DNA from: Eledone cirrhosa
Taxonomy: Eukaryota
Direction: 5' to 3'
Length of the DNA stretch: 64,000 nucleotides
NCBI GenBank assembly: GCA_964016885.1
Contig: OZ024746.1
Location: 88,412,001-88,476,000, forward strand
Positions 44,546 through 57,482 of the stretch are shown here, piece after piece (the first letter of the stretch is position 1; the number at the start of each line of letters is the position of its first letter). Both the position numbers and the translations under genes were made by a program. The notes under the pieces are model-generated. The model was not told the origin of the DNA and ran no database searches. It saw nothing but the letters and a program-made list of their open reading frames with translations.

Positions 44546-47067
44546 TTTAGTATATTCATTTCGTGTTTCATAAGCTCAAGCTTCGATCCTTATCATTCGG
44601 GTCCGATACTGGAATTAATATATACAGAACATTTTAAAAGTACATTTTCATTGGTTTTCCCATTGCTGATTCTATCTACCAGTCGCAACTCTGGGCAGAA
44701 TATATATATATTGATAAATTTATTTTTGAGTGGTCTGTGTGTCAGTGCTTGTGTGTTACTTTCAGTGTATAACTTTGTGTGTAACTTTCTTGTCTATGTT
44801 TTGTGATGTAGTATTATGTCCGTTTTAGGTAAGGATGATATGTGTCGGTGGTGAGGCCAAGATAGTTGACTAATGCGTGTATATATTGATTGAGTGTTGC
44901 TGTTGGATGTCGGGGCCTGTTTTGTCTATGCCGATTAAAAATGAGGGCAACAATTGAATACACCTTTCTTAGAATTTAGTTCTGTATTGATTGGTATGAA
45001 TCCCTGTACTGAATTTATGGTTTAGTTGAGGTCAACATAATCGTTTTCATTCGATGTAGCTATTTAAATCATCTAGATAAAATATTTTAAGGTAGGATAT
45101 CTTAATATATATAAACACAAATGCACCCCCCCCCCCTCACACACACATACATATATATATTATATATATATATATATATGTATATATATGTATATATATA
45201 TATGTATATAGTGAAAGAATGAAGAGTAACATGGTTGGCTGTACAACAAGGAGCTTTATTTCAGGTGTTGACAATTTTCATTGATCAGGTGAGTCTAGAG
45301 GTCGCTAATCGCTCGAAGTTGCGTCACTCGATCTCCATTACATTATTTGCCTCTGACCAACTCCTCAGAATACCATATATATATATATATATGCATAAGT
45401 GTGGTAAGATGGACCATAACGCAGCAGCGTACTCAATACTTAGGGTAGTAGAGTGGGTAATAGTGAAAAGTTTAAATATAGCGGCAGAGCTCAACACCGT
45501 TTGGACGGATATTCCAGAAATAGCCGTCAAAACGGCTTCAGTTCTGCCGTCGGGGTTAAATATGTTCCTATATATATATATTAAGTAGAATTGGTCATTC
45601 GCCAATGACGGCATATGAGAAAAGCAGTCATTCATATTTTACCTTGAATCATGTTGGTAGTGCGGTTCCGTTGTCTAATGTTTTATAAAGTAAAATGACA
45701 GTAGACCAAATAAGTTGAATCTCCTTGGCAACCTGGCCACGGAAATGTGCATAGTGTGCCTAACTTTAATGGGTTTAGTCTAGTATTGACCCTGGCCATG
45801 TCTACTGTAATAGCTTTAGCTGTGGAAATCTTTTAGAACGTAATTTTAAACTCCTTCATACTTCAAAAACCATGGCCAACTCTATTAAAGAGTTATTTTC
45901 TTGGGGATAATATCAGAGTTTTCGGAAATATGCGCGGAATTCCTTGCAGAATATACAATATAGTGTGTACATACATTTGCATACGAATAATTTTATTTTG
46001 ACTGTAAAATATACGAAGTGTTAAGGACGCCGCCGGTTAATATATTACATCGCCATTAACAGGACCGATGAGTACGACATTTCAGGGAATATTACAATAG
46101 TTTAACAAATCATATGTTGTTCGAAAAGTTGCTGGATATTGATTATGTGTGGAATAAACATTCAAGCGCTCGAACGACTCATATCGATTGCTTGGGTAAC
46201 GGAGTTGTTATCTGATAAACTTTACAATTGAAAACATTTGTCTATTGAAAATACTCATAAAATCTGTTTATTATAATCTTCGATAGATTGACGTGTTTTC
46301 TATTTTGCAATAACTTTATATAATATCTTTGGTAATTATATATAACATTCTTTAAAAAGTTGGCTAAAAGTGATACATGGTTCTAACAGCATCCATTAGA
46401 AAATCCGAAGTTATTTCCAAGTAGCTACGCAGTTTTGTTTATAACTGGAAGTAAAATCGGTTTAAAACGTCTACTTGAAGTGGATTCAGTATTCATCTTC
46501 ATGACAGCTTGAAAGAAATGAAAAGATAAATGTGCGTATATGTCACGAAATCATTCAAAACGAAACCATAAGGAACTCTTAAAGCGTCAAGTCTGTACAT
46601 ATTTATGTTGTATTGGCAGTCAGTAAAACGATGCTACGCTTTTAACATGCATCAAACTAGAACATTAGAAATCCTGCGTATAACTTGAGAACCTGCCAGA
46701 ATCTATACATATTGTGATTCCGAGTATATAGGATAGGGGTTCCTGAATAATCATTGAGAAAGCAAACGTTTAATTTTTATAGTTAGAAGAAAAAAAGAGA
46801 GGTTGAAAGACTAAATAGTCCACATATAGATATCAGGTTATCTTAACTTAACCAGAAATATGGCGCCATGCAAAATAAAGAGATATAACAGTTCTGCGGA
46901 GATACGTTGCTAAATGGAATATTTATGAGTGCAACATATGATGATAAACGAACACACACACATAAGCATACAAATACACATATATATATATATATATGTG
47001 TTTTTGTGTTATATATATATATACATATATAGATCCATTTTTGAGTGATATATATATATATATATAT

Positions 47068-47500
47068 ATAAGTATGTATATATGTATATAGACGTACATT
47101 AGTATGTATATACATACATAAATGCACATATATATATATATATATGTACGTATGAGTTTACCGAACATTCATTATAATACTTGCTTTGTTTGTAAATAAA
47201 CAGCCCGAATTATTAGCCGTAAAGTGTTCGGCAACCATCGTTGCCCTTTTGTTCAACACTGACAAAAGAACGATTAACTAGTTTCTAGCTTATTAGCTGT
47301 CATCAGCACCATATACCTCCCTGTCAGTCGATTGTACGTTTGAAAGTATATACCTTCCTTATGCATATTAACGGCTGAGCTGTCTAGTTTGCATATCGAG
47401 TGAGTTACACGGCCGGGTGTAGCGAAAACGATAAATGGAACAAAATGAAATTTCATTTCTCACTCTTACTACGGCTGATACTTAAATATAAATATATATA

Positions 47501-47581
<81 letters not shown>

Positions 47582-47633
47582 ACAGACGTACAGTAGTATG
47601 TATATCCATACATACATTCGCACACACACACAT

Positions 47634-47695
<62 letters not shown>

Positions 47696-47806
47696 GTATT
47701 GCTTTACCGAACATTCAATATAATGCTCGGTTTGTTTGTAAACAAACAGCCCGAATTATTAGCCGTACAGTGTTCTGCAACCATCGTTTCCCTTTTGTTC
47801 AACACT
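47068..47806 (-). mobile_element. Retrozyme-like element, family A copy 4 (diverged, ~1.3 monomers), HHR at 47270-47310
   Basis: ccgaacattc..aaacagcccgaattattagccgt repeats at ~47161 and ~47707. Minus strand ggtg-CTGATGA-cagctaataagcta-GAAA-ctag-TT. Confidence 0.75.
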
Positions 47807-47835
47807 TTATATATATATTTATATATATATTTATA

Positions 47836-47867
<32 letters not shown>

Positions 47868-47959
47868 GCAGAGGTTATATTTAATTTGTCGGGATTCAAG
47901 AAGCTTAAACAATTGTTATAACTGATATAAAGCACTCAACAAGTTAGTGGAGTAAATAC

Positions 47960-48837
47960 ACAATATATTAGACTGATTGCACCATCTAAATCGGACCTTG
48001 GCATACATAGCAAGAATATTCTAGATATAATCATACCACAACTTAAGGAAATATCTTATTTAAAATTTGGAAAGGGACTAATGAACTTATTGACTGATTA
48101 AAGGACATTAAATATAAACATAACAATAAATCCATTCAATTGGATATTGCTAATTATTACTCACCTATCACTCCTAATTTACTTAATAAAGCCCCTACAT
48201 ATGAATTTAAATATACTGATTTAACTAACAATGAAATGCACATTATCTTAGCTGCACGTAAAACATTAATTAAATTTAGCAACCACCTTTGGACTAGAGC
48301 AGATAGGGATAACAATTTCGATATCACTATGGGGTCATCGTACTCGTCGCAAATAACGGATCCTGTGGGGCTTTTTATTAACAATACTTTACATAAGAAA
48401 ATACCAGAGATGACCGGAGGTTTATATAGTGACGATATGCTATTACTTATTGAAAATAATAATAATTGTGAAATAAATAGGAAAAGAAAAGGAATTATAC
48501 AATTTTTTAATAGCTTTAATCTTAAAGTAGAAGTAGAGAATAATTATAAAATAGTTAATTTTTTAGATGTCACTTTAAACCTTAATACTAGTCTTTATTA
48601 TCCATTTCATAAAATCAATGAGAATTTAAACTATGTTAACTTTAATTCCAATCACCCCAGATGCGTTAAAAACACTATTGTAAATTATGTGCAGCAACTT
48701 ATTTCTAGAATTTCAGCGAATAAAAATATATGTGTAGATAAGGCACAATATTATAACGAAGCGTTAAGTAGAGCAGGCTATAGTAATAACATTAAATACA
48801 TTGATAATAAGGATGTGCCAATTAACCATAACTATTA
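47960..48837 (+). pseudogene. Naiad-type PLE reverse transcriptase fragment
   Basis: RLIAPSKSDLG..SKNILD, DIANYYSPI, FDITMGSSYSSQITDPVGL, GLYSDDML, KIVNFLDVTLNL, YVNFNSNHP and YNEALSRAGY match Naiad RT motifs. Frameshift and stop upstream of 48140. Confidence 0.85.
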
Positions 48838-49229
48838 TTTTAGAAAATTTAAAGTAAGTGAGACTGTCACTACTCTAAAACAATAGCTTAAGGTCTTCGA
48901 AATGCTTTTAATTAAGCATACAATGTATTGCAAAATACCCTATATATATATATACATTCATATATATATCGCTATTTCAAAGAACCAATTCTAAATTTCA
49001 ATTTCCGCTCGACCGGCAACCGGTCTGTATAATCAGTTCCTGATTATTACTAGAATTCTATAAGAATCAAACATTCTTAATTTTCACTAAACAGATGGAG
49101 TAGTTAGCTTTGATAAGTACCGAAAAGTACGCAACAGAGCTCTGTCAGCTTTATATCCCCTGTTTTAGAAAATTTAGAGTAAGTGAGACTGTCACTACAT
49201 TAAAACAATAGCGTAAGGTCTTCGAAATA
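48838..49229 (+). mobile_element. Retrozyme-like unit, family B (~325-nt monomer, ~1.2 copies) abutting the Naiad RT
   Basis: ttttagaaaattta.agtaagtgagactgtcactac...taaggtcttcgaaat at 48838 and ~49163. HHR 49106-49150: agct-TTGATAA-gtac-cgaaaa-gtac-GCAA-cagagctctg-TC-agct. Confidence 0.7.
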
Positions 49230-49264
49230 GTAAGAATAATAATAAATTTGAAGACTAAAATATA

Positions 49265-49323
<59 letters not shown>

Positions 49324-49432
49324 AGAAAGTACGTCCATAGAATCATTTGATAAAATATATACAGTATTTCCTCTCCCAGTCAGCATAATCAACCACACAC
49401 AAAATCAATTAAACAAGGCTATAAGATTAAAA

Positions 49433-49483
<51 letters not shown>

Positions 49484-49544
49484 GAGTGTCTTCCGTTATT
49501 ATTTCTGACAGTAGTATTACAAGGGATCATGCAAATCATAGTTG

Positions 49545-49685
49545 TCTCTACTTTGGACACAGCGCAAGCAATTACCTCACTACATTACTGTTGTTTCCTT
49601 TTATCAAACCGTAAGTGTGATAGGCAAAGTTAACCTCGGCGGGATTTGAACTCATACCATAAAGGGACGTAACGTTATGCAACTA
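49545..49685 (-). mobile_element. tRNA-derived SINE, diverged/truncated
   Basis: ggcaaagttaacctcggcgggatttgaactc core on the reverse complement. Confidence 0.7.
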
Positions 49686-51493
49686 ATAATGAGAGAACGT
49701 AATATTATATATATATATATAGCGTTAAGTTATAGGTATACATACATTTCTTTATCTGAGGCTAAGTACACAATCGACTGGTAAATCGAACGTTTGGCTT
49801 GAGAAATGCTGGAGGTCGCTTGAATCATGTACAATTTCTTGTTCTGTTGCTTGATGTTACCAACATCAAGCCCGACTATGTAAGCATTACTTTTTTATCT
49901 TCGCTACCCTTGTGATCGATCATTGTATTCACATTATATTTCATTTTATTTGACAAGTTTCCATAACAAAATTCATCTCATGTTTTCCACTAAGATATAT
50001 TTAACGAATCAATGTTCGTTTTCTACCACCTGGAAAATATCACAGGCTTATCTCAATATTTAGATGTTACAAAACACAATCTCATCAAAATGGAATTAAC
50101 TAATACAAATATTGAATTATTTTGACAGCAATGCTGTTGATATTACGTAGTTTTTATATTTTACTATGTTACGTATAATAAAGAAAGGAGTGCGGGACGG
50201 CCTCCTGTTTTATCCTGTTTGTATAATAAGTTGGATTACTTTGACTAAGTAATGAATGAATATTACATAATGTATCTACTAAATTTCGTAACTCCTGATG
50301 AATTATATGTTATTGCTTATTTAAAGATTCACTTTAAACTTTTCAAATGTCAACATTTCCGGTTAGCGATCGCTTATTTTAACATTCATATATTTCCGTC
50401 AATAATGTTTTTCCTAATGCAGTTTATATATAATATCGTCTTTTTTAAATGTATCATGGATTACTTTCCATGTTACATCAGATAGTGTAACGCAGACTTC
50501 GTTTAATTTCTGTGGATATTGTCAATTACGATTTTATTTGACATATCTATAAGCCTATATATTTGCGTATCTCAATATGCGGACTACATATGCTAGCAGA
50601 AAATCACCGTGCAGGTTGTTTTTTGCTAATACCAATAATAATTTGAAATCATTCGAGACTGATAGAAGATACTAGTTATTTTCAAAATCAGAAAACTTGT
50701 CAGCATCCTTGACAGTGAAGAAAATACAGACACGGCAAAATTATGTCAGGTGGGTTTGTGCTTTAAGGCAACGAATAAAGTATCCCAGCCATATAGATCA
50801 TAGTGTTTAATATAACAATCTATCGAATTTGACACTTTCAAAACTATGCAGCTCAATGACCTTGGACTAATTCATTGTTTTATCGTTGATGAAAGGCAAA
50901 TTTAGATGTGGTGGGATTTGCCCTCAGAGCGTGGGGAGCCAGATCAAATAGCGTAATATATTTTGTAAAAGTCTCAAATGATTGTGCAGAGTCATCGCCT
51001 ATCATAGGCTCAGGGGGAGAAAAATAATAACTTAATATTTTATGGAAATATTCTTTTGAACACGAGGAACAGTGACAAAATGGTAAATGCTGTTTGTTAT
51101 CAAAGTTTACATTCAGATGCGTCTGTCAAATAAAGCCATGTAATTATGGAGATTGCGTTCTTTTTAAGGGTAATTCATCATTATAAATATTCGTGGTAAG
51201 TGGCTTTCGATGAGAGACAACTGATCCAATTAGTTGACAGCTAGCTTTGTGAATTAAAATTGAAGATGGCTATCATGTAATATTTGTGTATATTGTTTTA
51301 TATTTGGCATTTGCTAAATAAATGTCGAACATTCATGTTCAGTGTGATGATACAAATTGTCTCTACTACGAAACATTAATACCCAGCAAGCATTTGTATT
51401 GTTCCTCGAACTACCAATGCACTCAACATACATATCTTTCTCAATTCTCACGAATTAAAGAACGCTATTTTTTCGCAAATTGATGTTGTTTAG

Positions 51494-52353
51494 ACTCCTG
51501 CCGTCTATGATGTGAATTGTTCTAACATTCACGGACTCCTGCCGTCTATGATGTGAATTGTTCTAACATTCACGGACTCCTGCCGTCTATGATGTGAATT
51601 GTTCTAACATTCACAGACTCCTGCCGCCTATGATGTGAATTGTTCTAACATTCACAGACTCCTGCCGTCTATGTTGTGAATTGTTCTAACATTCACAGAT
51701 TCCTGCCGTCTATGTTGTGAATTGTTCTAACATTCACGGACTCCTGCCGTCTATGATGTGAATTGTTCTAACATTCACAGACTCCTGCCGTCTATGTTGT
51801 GAATTGTTCTAACATTCACAGATTCCTGCCGTCTATGTTGTGAATTGTTCTAACATTCACAGACTCCTGCCGTCTATGTTGTGAATTGTTCTAACATTCA
51901 CAGATTCCTGCCGTCTATGTTGTGAATTGTTCTAACATTCACGGACTCCTGCCGTCTATGATGTGAATTGTTCTAACATTCACAGACTCCTGCCGTCTAT
52001 GTTGTGAATTGTTCTAACATTCACAGATTCCTGCCGTCTATGTTGTGAATTGTTCTAACATTCACGGACTCCTGCCGTCTATGATGTGAATTGTTCTAAC
52101 ATTCACAGACTCCTGCCGCCTATGTTGTGAATCGTTCTAACATTCACAGACTCCTGCCGCCTATGATGTGAATTGTTCTAACATTCACAGACTCCTGCCC
52201 TCTATGATGTGAATTGTTCTAACATTCACAGACTCCTGCCGTCTATGTTGTGAATCGTTCTAACATTCACAGACTCCTGCCGTCTATGATGTGAATCGTT
52301 CTAACATTCACAGACTCCTGCCGCCTATGATATATGTCGCTCTAACCTTCACA
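51494..52353. repeat. 41-bp minisatellite, ~21 copies
   Basis: Unit gactcctgccgtctatgatgtgaattgttctaacattcaca with few variant positions and no unique spacers. Confidence 0.95.
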
Positions 52354-54429
52354 ATCATTTCATGAAGATTTTTTAACGAATACATTTCCCGCATACCCTA
52401 AGTTTTTAACAATAAAACGCCCTGGATAAGGAGTGATCCGATTGACTTCTCCTTTTTGGTCCAGTGACCATCTTTGCTTTCACGTGTTAATTTTACTATA
52501 TTAAAGTGAATCATGCCTTTTGATTATTTTTCACGTGCGTAGGTCCATCATTATTTCCTCGATTTCAAGTCTTTATCTAAAACACTTTGTTTTTCATTCT
52601 TGGCATTGATAATAATTTTACCACTGATAATGTTTCAAGATCTGTTTCATAACTATATTTTGTACAATGTGTTTCGACTTTACATCGCTGAAAATGATAG
52701 TAGATTTTCACAGCCATCATAAGACAAGGAAGAGCTGATAATCTACTTGTATCTCTAATTTACTAACGGCCACTAAATTTGTCCACGCGTTTAAAGATAA
52801 GAACATAGGAACTTCAGACACATAGTACTATAACAATAGTGTAAAATGAAAAAAACACACACACAATCAACATATATTATGTTCATTGTTATCATATTGT
52901 ACACCTATGAAGCATCCAGGAAAAAAGAGCGAAGTAACATTGCAACCAAATTCAGTAGTAGATTATAACTCTTTGAATACAGACACAAAACGGGAATATT
53001 ATGAAATACGATTAAGGAAAATTGACATCATATATTACACATAAATAAAAATACTATCTCCACTATATGAGGATATTTATAATATCATATGGCCAATATA
53101 TACGTCCAATATATACGTTACTCTAGTGAGAAATGTTCAAGTTTAATATGATAATAGATAGGTAAAGGGATCAGTATCCATAAAAATATTGTATAACATC
53201 AAATCCGCTAAACCATAATATAGGTTACACATACATATTAGTCGATATGAGCAAAATACCAAATCTAGATTGATGTATATTAAAAGCGTAGTCTCATTGT
53301 ACTGACTGCCAGTACAACATAAATATATATAGACTTGACGCTGTAAGAGTTCCTTATGATTCCCTTTTGAATGATCTTGTAACATAAACGGACATTTATC
53401 TTTTTATTTCCTTCAAGCTGTGTCTGTTTGTTTATAAACATATATGTAAAGTTTCTATTTCGAATAATATACGATATGTTTACAAATATACATTTGAACA
53501 CCTTTAAATGTGAATTGTAAAGGTGCTGGCTGGCACCATCTATCTGTTTCCAAAGAGAAGCAACCTACAGCACATTCTGGCTTGGTGGCCGTCGTCAAGG
53601 ATACACATCGCTTTCCACGCCTCGTACTGGAACTCAAATAAGCCGCAAGCATATAGTTTTAAACTTCATGTCTATGGGTTGATCAGCCTCATGTGCATAC
53701 CGAGCTTTAGTCTGGTTGGCCTAAACAAGAAATCGAATCAAGTTATTCGCGTTTACATAGCTGTATACGTACATGTATCTAATGTTTGTATATAGAATAC
53801 TATAATATATGTTTGCGAATAAATATTTGAAAAACTTTAGCTATGAATTTCAAATGTATTTGGAGGAGAAGGGGTTGGCAAATGCGAATGGAGGATTTGT
53901 GTTATATTACTAATGTTTCCTAACCGGAGTTCTGTGTCTATGGTTGGGTTGTTTGGTTGAGTTTTCTGTGGTAACTTTTATAATTTGTTGGATGGAGTTA
54001 GTTATTTGCTGGATATGTGTGTATGTATGTATGATTTTCTATGTGCTTCTGTGTCTGCGCATTGATTGTCTCTGTGAGTGTGTGTGCATTTCGTTCAGAT
54101 AAAATGATCTCTGTCACGAACTAAGATTGCAGAAATCCATGGTTTTAAGGTTGTATATGAAAATTTGTATCAATATATATATATATGTATTCAATTTTTA
54201 ATAATAAACTTATTGATGCTTCGGAAAACCGTGTTCGAAGTACATCCTGATTTTAATTACTTCTCTAAATTCTGAGAGTCATCCCCACCAAGATATTTTT
54301 GAAGTTGGCAATGAGGTAGACTATGCCAATAGAAAAGGCATCTTAATTTGTTTTGTTCATGCTTTGTCATATTTTTGTCATTATATGCACTTGATATTTG
54401 CCTAAATATTTACGTTACTATAATCAGTT

Positions 54430-54537
<108 letters not shown>

Positions 54538-54727
54538 TAAGTGTGTGTGTGCGTGTATGTGCCTTTGTGCGTGTGTGTCTATATATACATATGTATATAT
54601 ATGCATTAATTTATTAAAATAACAGATATGCATAACGTTGAATATGTGTTGGTTGCTTACCAACACGTCACTATGCAGATTAGAACACTCAAGGAAGTAG
54701 ACGTCTCTCCGCCTGTTGACGTCACAC

Positions 54728-54772
54728 AGTAATGCACTGGGTAATTGCTGGGCGTGTGCCTAAAGTATAAAC

Positions 54773-54808
<36 letters not shown>

Positions 54809-54987
54809 GTTTATACTTTAGGCACAGGGCCAGCAATTATCCAGTGCATTACAGGTACTTTATTTTATCGACCCCGTAAGGATGAAAAGCAAAGTCAACC
54901 TCGGTGTGATTTGAACTCAGATCATAAAGGGACGTAACTATGCTGGAAAACATGGCGTCCGACCGTCTACCGATACTGCCAATCCAT
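54728..54987 (-). mobile_element. SINE (54804-54987, minus) plus an inverted SINE tail (54728-54776, plus) facing across one (TA)n tract
   Basis: gtaatgcactgggtaattgctgg..cctaaagtataaacaatt-(ta)n-aattgtttatactttaggcac..cagtgcattac. Confidence 0.85.
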
Positions 54988-55009
54988 TATATATATATAT
55001 ATATATAAT

Positions 55010-55320
55010 GGTACTGGACAGTGTCAGGAGCACCTTGGCTTGTGATGGAACTTCATCTGTCGAATGGGAGAAAATGGCTGAGTAGCGTGCGTGTGAAGTG
55101 GAGGCGTTTGATCAAGTCAGATAACGAACACTTTATAGTCGCCGGAGAGAAGACCTTAAGTTGAAAAGGAAGGTAAGGAAAGGAGTCTATTTGGAAGTGC
55201 CTACTGTTCAACATCATATTGTTTGCCAGCAATGTGGTCGAGTCTGCATGAGTAAAGCTGGTTTGACTAGACACGAACATAGTCATATCTTCAAAACACA
55301 ACAGAACCCTCTGTGCTCAG
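55010..55320 (+). mobile_element. RTE-clade LINE 3' remnant with C-terminal C2H2 zinc finger
   Basis: WEKMAE..; VCQQCGRVCMSKAGLTRHEHSH is the C..CGR.C.S..GL..H...H finger typical of RTE C-termini. Confidence 0.65.
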
Positions 55321-55329
55321 ATAACGTTA

Positions 55330-56240
55330 GGCCAACTGTGAGACGTGGGACAGGCTGGGACTTAGCCCAGTAGACGTCCCACCTCCCCCACCCCCATGTT
55401 GATGTCAAGTCCCCCTCCCAAAGCACTTGGGATGCCATCCAGTGCAGCCTGGCCTTAGACAATGCTCACGCGCCAGCTCGACGAGCACCGCCTTGCCTCT
55501 TTTCGTGTGACCTCCAAACACCACAGTGGTGCCTGGCTCCATGCCCTGCCATCCTTCTCCTCTTGCACGCAGCTAGACAACAATAGCCTGCGCATCGGCG
55601 TTTCCCGCAGTCTCGGCCTCCGGATCTGCAATCCACACTAATGTCGCTACGTATCCACCGTGATCTCTTTCGGCCTCCCCTCGCTTTCCTGTCGCACAGT
55701 CCCGGCCGCATTCAACGAGGTCATTAAGCGTGGCGTGGACGCTGCAGGCTTCCCTTCCCAGCTCCAGCCAGTAGGGATGGATCGAGGGGAGGGCAAAAGG
55801 CCAGATGGTATGACCCCCCCCCCCCCCGTTCCGCGGTGGCAAACCACTCGTCTGGGATGACACTTGCACCGACACTTTCTGCAACCGCAACCTGTGCAGA
55901 CTGACCCTGGTTCTGCTGCACATCGGGCTGAGGGGGCCAAACTCCTCAAATACTGGTCACTCTCCGCCAGGTTTGCGGTCGTACGCCTAGCAGCGGAGTA
56001 TTGTTGTGTCCTCTGCCCGAGGGCTACCTCCTTACTCACCACCATAGGCGCTGAGCTGGCCAGCTGCAGGTGTGAGCCCCGCGAGCGCATCTCCCTTGCG
56101 GTCGTCCGGGGAAACGCCTTCTCCAATATGTCCGCCGGGACTGTGGGTGGGCCCCTACGCGTACCATTGTAGTTGTTGTAGAAGAAACGGGTCCCACTTG
56201 TATATTGTATATATTTTTATGTAAACACTATGTGGGCAAT
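55330..56240 (+). mobile_element. CRE-clade non-LTR retrotransposon 3' remnant (zinc knuckle and restriction-like endonuclease)
   Basis: SGAWLHALP..LDNNSLRI, FNEVIKR..GFPSQLQPVG.DRGEGKRPDGMT, GKPLVWDDTCTDT, AAHRAEGAKLLKY, EPRERISLAVVRGNA. Frameshifted; GC-rich island. Confidence 0.8.
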
Positions 56241-56249
56241 CTTCTGGGC

Positions 56250-57130
56250 CTCTCAAGAAAACAATGTTAAGTACAACGTCATATCAGTAGACCTCATTTA
56301 TTATTATCTGAAAAGGAGTAAAGAATGTAGCAAGAAATGTGCTAGCATGAGAGGTCTTAAAAACACACGAGAACACACAGCCCGTACAAACTCTGGAAAT
56401 CCCCGGAGGTGCCTAAATTTGCCATATATATGCCAGAGAGTGCAAGTCTTTGGTTGGTTTGAAGAGCCACATTCGGGCCTCACATCTTTTAGCATTTTAT
56501 CAGGCGATGGCAATGCTTGAACACGCGTTTGCAGCCATCATATATACCACCTGTGTTATTCAACTAGCAGAGAACGAATGAGAACCACGGACAGAAACAT
56601 GAACTGTCCTCTCTAAACATGTATGTAAAAACTAATAATTTGTCTACGGCTTTGATATAAATACTCTCTCCGCCGCCGTGGTATTTTTTTCAGAGTTATA
56701 ATGGGCTTAGCTCTGTTTCTTGACGTTATTGACTCCCCCTCCGTTTTTCGAGATTCTATCTCGCGCATCACAGACGTGTTCTGAAACCCTTAATGAAGTA
56801 TCCTCTTGATAAGTCGGCAGAACCTCACAAAAACTCTATATCTCTATGATCTAGTGTTTTTGCATAATATACCACGAAACTACGTAGTCGGGGACTATAT
56901 AAGCAGCTCAGGTATGATATATCTTATTACTAATTATATCTAATGTTTCTTCTCTCTTCATAATGTATTATATAACTCCGATACTGAATCAGTCTAATCC
57001 ATTCGGATTGATTTGTCCCAGTTATTCATAGAGCAACATCGGTTGAGGTCGGTACTACTAACTCGGGGATATATGTGGATATATTCATGTGTATGTATGT
57101 GTCCGCACGTATCTGTGTGTTTCTCTCTAT
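56250..57130 (+). mobile_element. Degenerate Neptune-type PLE 3' end with U3-A8 HHR (56801-56894)
   Basis: SVDLIY..KECSK remnant of GIY-YIG. tcctc-TTGATAA-gtcggc...accac-GAAA-ctacgtag-TC-gggga. Pseudo-LTR homologous to 20360-20690. Confidence 0.65.
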
Positions 57131-57136
57131 ATATAT

Positions 57137-57175
<39 letters not shown>

Positions 57176-57427
57176 TAATAGAAATAATATATAAGGGAAC
57201 AAAGAATCTATATTGCATCCTATACATATTTAATTACATATTACATATGCAATTAAATATGTATATGATGTCGATCAGGTCGTGGTACGATCAATTAATG
57301 ATGATCGATATGTCTCTGGAAACTGGAGCTCCTTAAATATGTGTTCACATGTAGACGCGATCCCACGAGCATCGAGTGCTCATCATGGCATGCCGCCTAC
57401 GGACGCAATTAATTTGCACCTCTAGTA

Positions 57428-57482
<55 letters not shown>

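Noticed and set aside
48090-48100. In-frame TGA in the Naiad RT as possible selenocysteine
   Set aside because: It falls at a position that is Trp in the I.WF motif (TGG to TGA decay), next to a frameshift. I saw no convincing SECIS here or after the Naiad 3' end at 42480-42610.
51494-52353. CRISPR array, SECIS array or lac-operator-like repeat
   Set aside because: Units are contiguous with no unique spacers and no cas genes. There is no apical AAR loop or lower helix for a SECIS. The operator resemblance is superficial.
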